DNA of 64,000 nt from Scyliorhinus canicula (lineage: Eukaryota), in the NCBI RefSeq assembly GCF_902713615.1, contig NC_052158.1, positions 86,436,822 through 86,500,821 on the forward strand, in the 5' to 3' direction. The notes under the pieces were generated by a model. The model searched no databases. It was not told where the DNA came from and worked only from the letters and a program-made list of their open reading frames with translations. The first letter of the stretch is position 1; each line of letters starts with the position of its first letter. Both the position numbers and the translations under genes were made by a program. Of the stretch, positions 11,956-23,581 are shown in pieces.

Positions 11956-12783
11956 AGGCAGGAGAGGAAAGTTGGAAAACATTCCAGAAGCAAAGACTGG
12001 ATGATTAAAAAATGATGACAGAAACTAATTTAATCTGTTTATTTTAATGGCTTTAATTACATTTCTGCTTGGTAGTGCTCCCCAACTCATTCCTTATCCT
12101 GTAAGTGCACAGGTGATATATTTCGGTCAACTACAAATTACTTAATGAATTTGCAACAACGATGTCAGCGTCATTGATCTCTCTTTCTAATTTATAGTTA
12201 CCAAATCATGCAATGACCAGCAGAGAGAGAATAAATTGAAGCACAGCAATGCCATCAACTCAACAGTATATGTTCACATAGGGCTTGCTCATAGCTCATA
12301 ATTTCATTTTGGAGGAAAACTATTGATCACTCAAGGTTTGCATTTTGATTAATGACAGCACTTAAAATCCAAAAGGTGATCACTGCTTTGTAATTGCTTC
12401 AAATCTGGTATTGAATTTGCACACAAACATTCAAACTGGTAAAAGGCCAGTTTAGATGCTTTTATAAAGTGCCCTTAATGTAGCAAAACCATTTCAAAGT
12501 ACTTCACAGGGAGCATAAGCCAGAGAAAAATGCACATCAGCCCAGTCGCGTTGTTAACTCTGGTTAGAGAAATTCCTGGAGGTCTGATCATATATCAGCA
12601 AATATTATTGCATTTACCTGTAATACCTGCAGTTGAGAGAACATTTGCCAATAGATTAATGTTGGGAAGTTCCAAAAACTGAGAATTTTGAGTACCTGAA
12701 AGTTGATTCAATCCTAACTTTTAAAAGGGATTGGATGTATTCATGAATGTGAAAAAAATTCAAAGGCCACGGTGAAAGAAGAG

Positions 12784-13544
12784 TGTAGTCATCTAAGATG
12801 GCCACCTGCAAAGGACCATGGGAATTATGGCCAACCCAGGACTCGGACAGATACAGAGCCGATATGTATCTGAAACACAAGTAACCAGGCCTGATCGAAA
12901 CCCCCGCTCGTTTGCATTTTAATGGTCCATTTTCCCAGGACAATAGAACTCAAATCAAGCAACCGGCACAGAGACAGACTGATTGGCACCATTCCCTTTA
13001 CTCAGAAAGCCCAACTGCCAATGACCGCTAAGGACCTGCGAGACACCAAGGCACTCACCTCTTTATTGGCCGAAATCGGACAGTGATCAGAGCCCTGTCA
13101 AACTGTTGGGTCCAAGGTAAAGGACCGCCCCAACGAGCGCAAAATCCCAGAGGGACAAAAGAGAGCACAGCCATGTGTTCTGTCTCTTTTGGATCCGGCC
13201 TGTGCCAGCCCAATTGCAGCAGGGACAGCCAGCCAGGTTCAAGACCAATGATCGCTACCTGATGGATGAGCAAAGCAGAGACAGAGCCACTTTCTTCGAA
13301 CCAGCCAAGTGAAATCCAGATAAAGGCCTTATCCATTTGCACAGTGCTGGTCACCCTGAAGTTAAGTATAGGTTATTGTAGCTGATAGGTGTAGTTTAAC
13401 TCATAGTAGACATTGTGGTTGCATGTTGAGATAACTCTTGTGTATGTGAATAAACCATCTTTTGAACTAACTAACTGGTTGTTTGGTCATTTGATTGATA
13501 TAAGGGAAGGCTTGTGGTTCACCAACATTATTAATAGAGCAACA
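12784..13544 (+). repeat. 5' LTR of element B
   Basis: Direct repeat of 21475-22237; AATAAA near 13449. Confidence 0.93.
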
Positions 13545-13548
13545 TTAT

Positions 13549-13566
13549 TGGCGACTCTGGTGGGAC
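13549..13566 (+). promoter_or_regulatory. Primer-binding site, tRNA-Arg(UCU)
   Basis: TGGCGACTCTGGTGGGAC is the reverse complement of GTCCCACCAGAGTCG-CCA, the 3' end of vertebrate tRNA-Arg(TCT) as I recall it. Confidence 0.85.
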
Positions 13567-13853
13567 TTGATTAGAAGTGACCTTATCACTCCAAGAGACC
13601 CCACAAACTTTGAATCCAATTGCGAGAAAGAGAAAGAAGCACAAGTCCCATATCGACCAAATAACCGAATTTTGGAAGTATGAACTAACCCCGCATGCGT
13701 ACCTAATAGGAAGGGTAAGGTAAACTTGTTAGAATTCTGTACAACTATCGAGGGGTTGTGAGTCAGAAAATAGCTTAAGCCATACCCATTGTTCAAATCG
13801 CCGCCTTATTCCCTTGTCCCAAATTAAAAGTAGAGAAAGAGATAAGAGAAGTA

Positions 13854-15592
13854 ATGGCCACTAAACAATGGAAAGATTGATGAATGCACGGGAACCCAAG
13901 GTCGCAGCGACCAACAGAGCAGAGCAATACCCCATATGGGAGGAAGAGTTAAGGAAATACTTAAAGGGGAAAGGATGGCTCCTTCGGTTGAATTTTCGCG
14001 CTAATGAGTCAGGTCCAGGAAAGATAGGACAGACTTGGTGGGAGAACCTAAGCGAGGTCCACAAGAAAAATGTAGGGAAAGTCAGAAAGACGATAGTGTC
14101 CTGGTTGGACAGTTGCAAGGCACAGAGGAGGTCGTGAAGATGCTCCGTAGGCAGTTAATTGAGAAGGAAGAAAAGAATGAGGGAAACAGTAACAAAAGTG
14201 AGAAAATAATTGAGCAACTCCGGGAACAGTTAGCAGCTAAGGATAAGGAAATAGCCGATGTAAAATGCGCACATCTATCTTGTCTAGTTCACATTAGAAG
14301 CTTCCAGACCCAGAACGATAAAGGCTACCAAGATACACAGTGTGCAGTCCTGCTAAGAGAGGAAACAGAACAACAGGTCGCCAAGCTAACTAGGAAATGC
14401 GCAGATTTAAAAGCAGCTTTGAGATCGCTCCACGGCTCCATTAAGGAACAGAGACAGAATACCGTTGACCATGGTAAATGCCGATAGAAGATAGAAAAGT
14501 TACAGTCATTACTCAGTGCAGAATGGCTTCAGGTACACTTTCGGGCAGGATTTAGACGAGGAAGATGCTCCCGATTGGCAAGAGTTAAACAAAAGCTCCC
14601 AAAGATACGTAGAGGACACGGGAAATCAAAATTGAGCCCCCCACGCCCCAAAAAGAAAAGCACCTGCAGCACTGACTGCACAGGCAGCACACACCCCCCT
14701 TACAATTCAATCCCCATGAATTCGGTTACCACACAACGCACGTCATCAGATCAAGAGGAGCCTGATATCATTTACACCACCCCACTATCCATAACCCAAT
14801 TAAGAGAGGCTTGCACGAAAATTGGTCCATTCCAGTCCACCGCAGACCCGCACAGCTTCTTTGAGGAGATGCGTCAACAGAAAGTTATGTATGGCCTAGA
14901 TTAGAGAGAGGAAGTAAAGCTAATAGTTATGAGCCTTAGCCAGTCTGTAGGGTCAGCTTTGCCAGAACCCCAAAATGTAGCAGGGGGAACCCTACAAGAC
15001 ATGAAAACAGCCATATTAGATGTCATTGGGTATAACAAAGGAGATCCAGTCAAGGGTTTAAATCACTGTAGGCAAAAGAAGGGGGAACATCCGACCACAT
15101 TTGCTGGTCTAGGGATTAATTTCATGGCAGTCTACGGACAATTGAACTGCGCACACCTAAATGAGGACACCACTAAATGGTCCCGCACCTCAGTCTCACA
15201 TGCCACAGACACAGGTCAAAAGGCTTGTGTAAACTACTACCCCACAGACCACAGACACAATGAAGTTTGGGCATTGAAACAATGTTCCAAAGCATGGGAA
15301 CAAACCCTAGACCAACAAACAGATCAGGACAAGATAGAAGCACCCAGTTAGGATTAGCCAGGACCCAGCATGGATAAATGAGGGTAGACACGAGGGACAG
15401 CACCCCAGAGCACAGGCACCATGAGGTTGTTAGAATTGTGGCCACATGGGACATTTACGCCCGCGATTGCCGACAAACCCCCCGAACCATCAACGATACC
15501 AACAACCGAACCCCCCACCCAGGAACATTGTTAGGCCCATGCATAATGTTCGCACCTGTTCCGACGACTTAGCATTTAATTCCCTAGATTGA
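13854..15592 (+). pseudogene. gag: gag of element B (frameshifted)
   Basis: ORF pieces 13868-14137, 14035-14487, 14575-14904, 14929-15351 align with element A gag; decayed knuckle C*NCGHMGH/ARDC near 15425-15470; ends in TGA-CGG. Confidence 0.85.
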
Positions 15593-18500
15593 CGGTGTTT
15601 GACTCCCCAACTTGGGTCTGTGACACACGCTGGGACAAATTAGGAAGACCAGTAGTTACAGGCACAGTCCAGATACACACAGTCGATTTTCTTTGGGACA
15701 AAGGAGGATCCCACACCACTTTAAACTCCTCCACCACGTTTCAACAGGACAAATGGCCCACCACAGACACCAACACCCTGAGTGGATTCAAGGGCACATA
15801 CAGCAAGGATATATCACAGCTCCCATACCATTCAGATAGGGATGATTAGAACCAAACACGCTGTTGTTTTAGTTGACTTACCCCAAACCACAGAGCACAT
15901 TTTAGGCATTGATTTTATGAGCTCCCATAACATTTCATTTGACCCAGTAAACAAATGTGTATCGCGAATGGCCAAAACAGCTAGGGCACCCGCTACGCTC
16001 ACAGTAGGGGATTATTAAAACAGGATTTGTTCAGTAGGGGACTATTGGTTTAATCCGCAAACAATTAGCGCAGACTAGACAATTAAAGAGGTCCTCATAA
16101 AACACAAAGCGTCCTGCGCACAACACAAAACACGACTGTGGGAAAATCCCAGGTGCAGTAAAGATTTCAGGTCCTGATCCAAAGCCGCAAAAGCAATACG
16201 GTTTCCCACAGCAAGCCGAGGGTGAGATTTCAATGGTTATTAATGGTTTGTTAGACCAAGGAGTTATACGACCTGTAGTGTCCACAAATAATGCCCCAAT
16301 TTGGCCCGTAAAAAAGCCCGATGGTTCATGGCGACTAACGATTGACTACCGAGAACTTAATAAGGTAACCCTGTTAGCAGCCCCCACTGTTGCCATGAGT
16401 CCAGAGACCATGCTCAAACAGGGAGTACAGGCAAAACATTTCACATTGCTGGACATCAGCAATGGCTTTTGGTCCATCCCGTTAGACAGGGCCTGCCAGT
16501 ATAAATTCGCATTTACGTTTCAAGGGCAGCAGGTCACGTGGACATGCCTCCCACAAGGATTCCATAACTCCCCTTCCATTTTCCACTGACAGTTGGCCAG
16601 AGGACTTTCTAAATTTTCCCGACCTGAATGCCTCATACAATATGTAGACGATCTGCTCTTGCAAACGGACACAAAAGAGGAACACCTAGAGCTCTTATCT
16701 GAATTACTAGGCCTACTGCGATCAATCGGACATCAGGTAAACCCCCAAAAGGCCCAGAATTTGAAGGAAAAGGTTCTTTATTTAGGCTATCATCACCCAC
16801 GGGAAGAGAGAAATTGAGCAAAAACAGATCGAGTCCATCGTTAAATTGCCCCAGCCCCAAAATGTCACTGCACTCCGGTCATTCCTAGGTTTGGTAGGAT
16901 ATTGCACAAATCATATAGATGGCTTTGCCACTAAAGCAGCCCCACTCTCAGAGCTCCTTAAAAAGAGCGCCCCATGGTTAATGGCTTCTGCAGTACACAG
17001 ACGCCATTGATGATTTAAAATGCGCTCTAGGCACAGCCCTGCTTTACAAGTTCCAGACCCAGGCTTGCCCTATACCATAGAAGTAGCAACCACCGACCGA
17101 ACCCTATCAGCAATACTCCTGCAAGAACAACACGATCACTTAGGACCCGTAGCCTTGCCTCAAGAGTATGAGACCCCGTACAGCAAGGATTCTCAGCCTG
17201 CAAACGGCACTTGCTTGCAGTACAGTACTTTGCGTACATCACAGGCCTCAACCTAGTAACGATCTTGACTGAGCACACCCCATGCAACTATTACTAGACG
17301 GTACATTAAAGGATGGTTCAGTCAGCCAAATCAGAGCAGCTCGCTGGACACTACTGTTACAAGGGACCCCACGAGTGCCAAATCATATGCAGGGACCCCA
17401 CATGAGTGCCAAATCATAGCAGCCCAACACCACGCAGGACCCTTTATCCCAAAATTACTACACCCATGAGCAGGCAATAAGACACAGGATTTCCAAACCA
17501 CAGGGAATGCTTTAAAAATGAGACGGTTCCTCCACAATCAAAAATGGAGTTAGAATTACTGGTTGTGAAATTTACGTGGAAAACACGCAGGGACGCCCAC
17601 TAGAAGAGATCTCTTTAAAATTGCCCGGCCACCTAGGTTCACAAGCAGCAGAACTCGCAGCCATAGCCTATGTAATTCAGCATCCCGACTCTTTTCCAAC
17701 TCCCACAGACATACACTCAGACAGCCTGTATGTGTGCAATAGTTTAACAGAATTTCTGCCCCTGTGGGAATCTCTTGGTTTTGTTTCAGCCGATGGAAAA
17801 CCCCTACCCTCTGCCCCGTTGTTAAAGGACATTCTCAAGAAAGCCTCAGACTGCACATACGGTATTATTAAAGTAAGAAGCCATCATTGCTCCTCCCCAC
17901 CTGGTAATGTAAAGGCAGAAGCCTTAGCCAAAGCAAGATCACGCCATGGTCACTTCTAGCAGCCACCCGAAAGCCAACCGATACAGGTTTCCCAGACCAA
18001 TATTGAGGATCTATCCCAAGCCCAAAAAGCAGACGACACCTTCAAACAGGTTTTAGACGGCAACTTCCCAGCCCCCTATGATAAATGGAAGGACGCACTG
18101 GCTGAACAGGATGACATAGTTTTAAAAAACGAAATTTATGTGGTCCCCACCCAGGACAGATACCAGCTCATTTACCAATTTCATAATGGACACTGACATC
18201 AGGGGACAGACAATACCATTGCCCATTTAAGACCATTGTGTTGGTGGCCTGATTTAAAAAGCAATGTAACCCATTATGTCGAGAATTGCCTTATCTGTGC
18301 TCAGAAACAATCCTGAACATTACTCAAAGAAAAGGGCAATTACGTCACACCCAACATGTGAATGGCGCTTGGACAAAATTTCCAAATCGATTACATTGGC
18401 CCCCTTGCCCCTTGCAGATATGGTTTCAAGTATGTGCTGGCTGTAATCAGCACCTTTACTAAATGGGTAAAAGCATTTCCCTCACGGACAAACACAGCAA

Positions 18501-19200
18501 AGGTCACTGCTGAGATTTTGACCCAACAGATATTCACACTCTGGGGTCTCCCCCACAGCATTGAGTCAGACCAAGGCTCCCAGTTCACCGGCAGAGTCAT
18601 GCAAAATGATTTAACAATTTTTGGGATCGGGCAGAAATTCCATATAGCATATCACCCCCAAACCAGCGGCATTGTTGAGAGAATGAATCGAACTTTAAAA
18701 GCGACCATTAGGAAGATGGTGCAACAGAACAATACCATGTGGGGCATGGTCTTCCCATTTGTTCTCATGTTTATTCGGAACACCCTTTCCAGTTCAACAG
18801 TTTTCACCCCCACGCTCTCATGACTGGATGGCCCATGAACGGTATTGAATATTTATTTGGCCTCGATTTGGCAAGCCCTACAGTAACCGTCCTCTCCCAC
18901 GAAAAAGCATCCAAAAGGTTACAGATGACATTAAAGTGGCACAACTCGCTGCAGCTGTCTGATTACGTTCTCGAAGGAAGCAGAGTAAAGAATGCTTTGA
19001 CAAAGCCATCCACCCCGTAGAGCACACAGTTGGTCAGCAAGTAATGGTTTCCCTTTACAATCCCAGTTCTTTCCTCTCCCCCAAACTTGCACGACCCTAC
19101 TTCATTTCAGATAAAGTGAGCCCCTCCGTGTACAAGATAATGTACCCCAACGGTAAAACTGGTTTGTTCCACATCAACCAACTCTAAGTCCATGGATCAT
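15593..19200 (+). pseudogene. pol: pro-pol of element B (protease, RT, tether, RNase H, integrase)
   Basis: FLWDKGGS (protease); QKQY..NNAPIWPVKKPDGSWRLTIDYRELNK, LDISNGFW, LPQGFHNSP, YVDDLL (RT); SQAAELAA..SDSLYV..KVRSH..GNVKAEALA (RNase H); FQIDYIGP, SDQG, VERMNRTLK (integrase DDE). Confidence 0.93.
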
Positions 19201-20740
19201 AATGTAGCCACTCCCACCACATCTCTCTGGCAATAAGAGATGATTACTCCCCGCCCATCAACAACCTAGTCCAACCCCTATGCCAACCCTCCCCCAGCCA
19301 TGCAGGCATTTATCCCTTGTCCATGCCCACAGACCCGAACTTGGCTCCACCCACAGGTACAGACTTTCACCTTGAACTTGACTCAGACGACAGCGAGAGC
19401 CTCATGGATTTGATTACTATCCCTGACCACTGGCGCGATCTCTCTGCCCCCAGTCACCCCAGCCCTCAGAACCACAACTTCGATATCTTTGACTCTCTAT
19501 ATGCCCTCCCCCAGCCACCGCCTGACCACAGTAACTTGCCCTCCACTCCCACCACCCCAACGCCTCACAACAAACAAGCCCCTCTTTGGCACCGCGACAA
19601 CTCTTGCAGACTAGTAAGGCACGGCGATTCGGATTATCCGACAGCCCACGCGGCCGAGGCACAGAAACAGCAGAAATTAGTCTGGCAATCGTGAGATGGT
19701 GGTGATTCAGATACTGACGCTCGTTTTGGTTAATGCTGTTACAACACTGTTTGGTACAGAACCCTGAGGTGTCCAGATGATGAGAAAGAGACACCGCCTA
19801 AGTATTAATGTGTCCTAGTTCTGATGGAGCCTGCCCGCCTTTTTCTTTTTTTTTCTACAACATGGTTTTAAGTCATGTCGCCCGACACACAGTTACTCTT
19901 CTGATTCGAGGGTAAGATACCCAATGTCAGTTAAAGGCACAATGTTGTGGGGAAACAGATCACTGTTCTCTCAGTCTTTATGACACATTTCCACACAACT
20001 ACAAACTCTTACCGTCCACCCAGGTAGGAAGTAACGGCACTGATCCCCACCCTACCCGAGGACTCCAAATGCATCCGGTCAGTTAAGCTCGGGTAGTGGA
20101 GTAACGGCACTATGCCCCGCCCTACCTGAGGATTCCACCCATTCTTATCCTGTAGCGGCCCACATGCACCTCATGTTCCCTTCACTTCATATGCTCTCGA
20201 ATTGTTCTCTACACTCTGCGTTGTATTTGGCAGGCCTTAGTTTCACCTTCTCAACTCTCCCTTTGGTTGTGGTATAAAGAATGCATTTTGCCACGGTTTG
20301 CACGCACATCCCTTCTTTCCTTTACCTTCCGCGACTCCCTGGTCGGTACCCACCTGCTATTTACACGTACGACAATTGGTTGTTACACACGCTGCTAAAC
20401 GCAAACTACCTCTGAACCCTGGGATGGAACTCTATAAAACTGGCAGCCCTGAAATCCGACTGGTTAAGATGAGCCTCAACCACCACTGGTTGCAAGTAAA
20501 GAAAAGACTGGTCGAAGAAATTGTCATACCACTCCCGCACCGACCACAAGCTGCGAGAGTTTCTGCACTTTAAAAATTTGCATTTCTTGTCTCTCAAAAT
20601 GGTATTTCAAAAAAAAATTTTTTAAATGAGGGAGTCACACATGGTGACAATCATAATGGGTAATTGGAGTAAGGACAGAAAGACTAATAAAACGAGATAT
20701 TAACCAAAGATAATAACAGATACTATGCTTGCATCCCCAG

Positions 20741-21111
20741 GATCACCTGGAAAACAGAAAACACAGGGTGAAGCAAGGACTGCTGACATGCGTTTGGATC
20801 ATTGCTGGAGTTCTGCAACTATGCACGCAACGGACCGTTATAACAAACCCCACACCAGCCCCGAACACTACCACACAACAGGCCACCACCAGCCCAGACA
20901 CTACACCACACAAAGACAGATATCGAAACCCCCACTTGGTGCGAAAGCATTGCCAAATGGAACCCCCTTTCATACAGAGTAGAGGCCCTTCTAGTAAGTG
21001 CAATAATCTGCAGTGTCATTCAGACACCGACTCCGTAAATGGCAAGCAAAAGCCTCCCGCTCCCCGACATATAAAGTCCGATTTCCCTTCTTTGGAATTC
21101 AACAAAATTAA
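20741..21111 (+). pseudogene. Small transmembrane-protein ORF of element B (two frameshifts)
   Basis: DHLENRKHRVKQGLLTCVWIIAGVLQLCTQRTVITNPTPAPNTTTQQATTSPDTTPH/KTDIETPTWCESIAKWNPLSYRVEALLVSAIICSVIQT/RLRKWQAKASRSPTYKVRFPFFGIQQN*; follows a splice acceptor at 20740. Confidence 0.75.
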
Positions 21112-21474
21112 ACTCATGTACCAATAGCGGCTAAAAATAAACCATGTACATCTTTAATTTTTGCTGCTGTTGTAAATTTTGTACTGTATATAAGTTCTTT
21201 GATATTCACCAGCAGCACGAGAGTAGCTCAGATAGTGTTAGCCAGAGATCCACTGTGTGGATAAATTAAATGTTTTATAGAGACCTGATTATAGTAACCG
21301 TTAGAGATGAATTGATTTATGGATGTTTTAATGGAATATTAGGTAAATGTCCCAAACCAGAAGATAGAGTAGAGTAGAACCTTGCCTTGACCAAAATTGA
21401 CCGAGCCACCAAGGATGAACAGGGATCGATAGTGTGATCCACCACGCTTTGCGTTCAGGATCAAAAGGACGGAA

Positions 21475-22237
21475 TGTAGCCATCTAAGATAGTCACCTGC
21501 AAAGGACCTTGGGAATTATGGCCAACCCAGGACTCAGATAGATACAGAGCTGATGTGTATCTGAGACACAGATAACCAGGCCTGATCAAAATCCCCGCTC
21601 GTTTGCATTTTAATGGCCCATTATCCAAGGACAATAGAACGCCAATCAAGCAATCAGCACAGCGACAGACTGATCGGCGCCACTTTTTTTACTCAGAAAG
21701 CCCAACTGCCAATGACCGCTAAGGACCTGCGAGACACCAAGGCACTCACCTCTTTATTGGCTGAAATCGAAGACAGTGATCAGAGCCCTGTCGAACTATT
21801 GAGTCCAAGGTTAAGGACCACTCCAAAGAGTGCAAAATCCCAGAGGGATAAAAGAGAGCACAGCCATGTGTTCTGTCTCTTTTGGATCCGGCCTGTGCCA
21901 ACCCAATTGCAGCAGGGACAGCCAGCCAGGTTCAAGACCAATGATCGCAACCTCACGGATGAGCCCAGCAGAGACAGAGCCATTTTCTTCAAACCAGCCA
22001 AGTGAAATCCAGATAAACGCCTTATCCATTTGCACAGTGCCGGTCACCCTGAAGTTAAGTATAGGTTATTGTAGCTGATAGGTGTAGCTTAACTTGAAGT
22101 AAACATTGTGTTTGCATGTTGAGATAACTCTTGTGTATGTAAATAAACCATCTTTTGAACTAACTAACTGGTTGTTTGGTAATTTGATCGATATAAGGGA
22201 AGGCTTGTGGTTCACCAACATTATTAATAGAGCAACA
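21475..22237 (+). repeat. 3' LTR of element B
   Basis: Direct repeat of 12784-13544, preceded by a purine-rich tract. Confidence 0.93.
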
Positions 22238-22659
22238 CAAGGAAGCAATACTAATTGGAATACTCCTTCAAAGATTTGACACAAACATGATGGGTTGAAT
22301 GGCTTCCATCTATTCCACCCAAAACTCGACTGACCATGGCAGAGGAAGATGACAAAGTTTGGTGATGCTGCGACTACATAGAGCACACTTCCCACACACA
22401 TAGTTGTTCTGCCTTTGACATCCAAGCCAGGGATGAATCATTTAGCTGCCTACGTCAAAGATGTTGAATAGCTCAGAAAAACAAGTCCTTTCTTTCAGGA
22501 ATGTGTGCGGGTATCCTGAAACAGCAAATTACATGCTGGGCTTACATTTTAGATGCAACCATGTCAGAAGATTCAGTGTTTAAACGTGTGGCCATGTTTC
22601 ATATCCAGGTTAATATTAAACACAGTGGACTAATGAGGAAAATACCTTTACTGCACAGC

Positions 22660-23520
22660 CCCTTTTTGTAACTGAGGGAAGGTAGGAGCGTGTTTGCCAG
22701 TCTGGAGAGCAATGTGCTATCCCAATAGAGAGCAAGGCAGTTAGTATAGACTCTAGCTTGCAATGCCCAGAAACCGGAGAACCATACAGTGAGGGTTCTG
22801 AGGAATGGCGAAGGCTCAGGATATGTCTGGCAAGAGCTTGAAAGAGGATCAGTGAGAGCTCAGAGTGGTGGAGAGAATGAGCCAGCAGCGGACAGGACTA
22901 CTCTCAGAGCTGCAGGCTCAAGGAAATGGAGTGATCAGCACTCCTCAGAGTAGCTGAGTGAACGTCAACTTGTGCAGGCACAAGCCTGGAAATGGCTGAC
23001 TGGCCAATGATGGGAGAATCTGTGCATGCAGCTCAATGCAAGTCAAGTGCACATGTGCAACTGTTCCTGAAACCTGGCCAGTGTTGGGAGTTACAATGGG
23101 TAAGGAAAGAAAACGGTGGTCAAGTGAGGAAAGAGTGCATTGTAGATGGTGGACAGGCTGTTTTTCTCTGACATCTGACCTATAATAAGCAGCAAGTATA
23201 TAGCCCATTGATACCCGCCCTGAAACAATGACCAGAATCTTTCTGCACTGCACAAGGTGCACTCAAGCTCCCAAGTCAATGTCACTTTAACAGACCCCAT
23301 CCCCCTTAAACCCTGGTTAGAATCAGGGTCCATGTGAAGATGAGGACTCTGAACTGCGGACCTAAATATTTTCTTCAACTTCACATGTCAAAGTCAGCTG
23401 GCAGAGATCAATCAGACACAAGCTAAGAAATATAGTGGCCTATGGTGCTCAGGAACTACTCAAACGGCACACTGTTTTAAAGACAGGTCAACCCCAATAT
23501 TTCTATACCACTGAGTTCTG
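22660..23520 (+). mobile_element. Possible highly degenerate LTR-retrotransposon gag/pro remnant
   Basis: Weak protease-like SSQVNV segment near 23265-23285; no intact ORF. Confidence 0.3.
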
Positions 23521-23581
23521 ACTCAATAAACAAAAGTTTTAATAAATGGATCGAAATCACAGCAAAGAAGTAGGTTAGTTA

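Larger units (their letters stand above)
12784..22237 (+). mobile_element. Element B: degenerate retrovirus-like provirus (LTR-gag-pro-pol-small TM ORF-LTR, no env), class III/spuma-like pol
   Basis: ~760-bp LTRs 12784-13544 and 21475-22237 (TGTAG...CAACA); tRNA-Arg PBS; gag, protease, RT (YVDD), tether, RNase H and integrase in order; purine-rich tract AAAAGGACGGAA; inserted into a CR1 3' tail; TSD not clean (AGAG/CAAG). Confidence 0.93.

Noticed and set aside
20019-20130. HDV-like or hammerhead ribozyme in the conserved 3' RNA element
   Set aside because: I could not build the nested pseudoknot or a CUGAnGA/GAAA core; a symmetric rod fits better.
19200-21470. Conventional env gene in element B
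   Set aside because: No long ORF or recognisable furin site, fusion peptide, heptad repeat or CX6CC remnant; only the small TM ORF is supported.
12780-22241. Element B as a recombinant of two separate proviruses (TSD mismatch AGAG/CAAG)
   Set aside because: The two flanks join into one continuous CR1 3' tail, consistent with a single insertion whose TSD has decayed.
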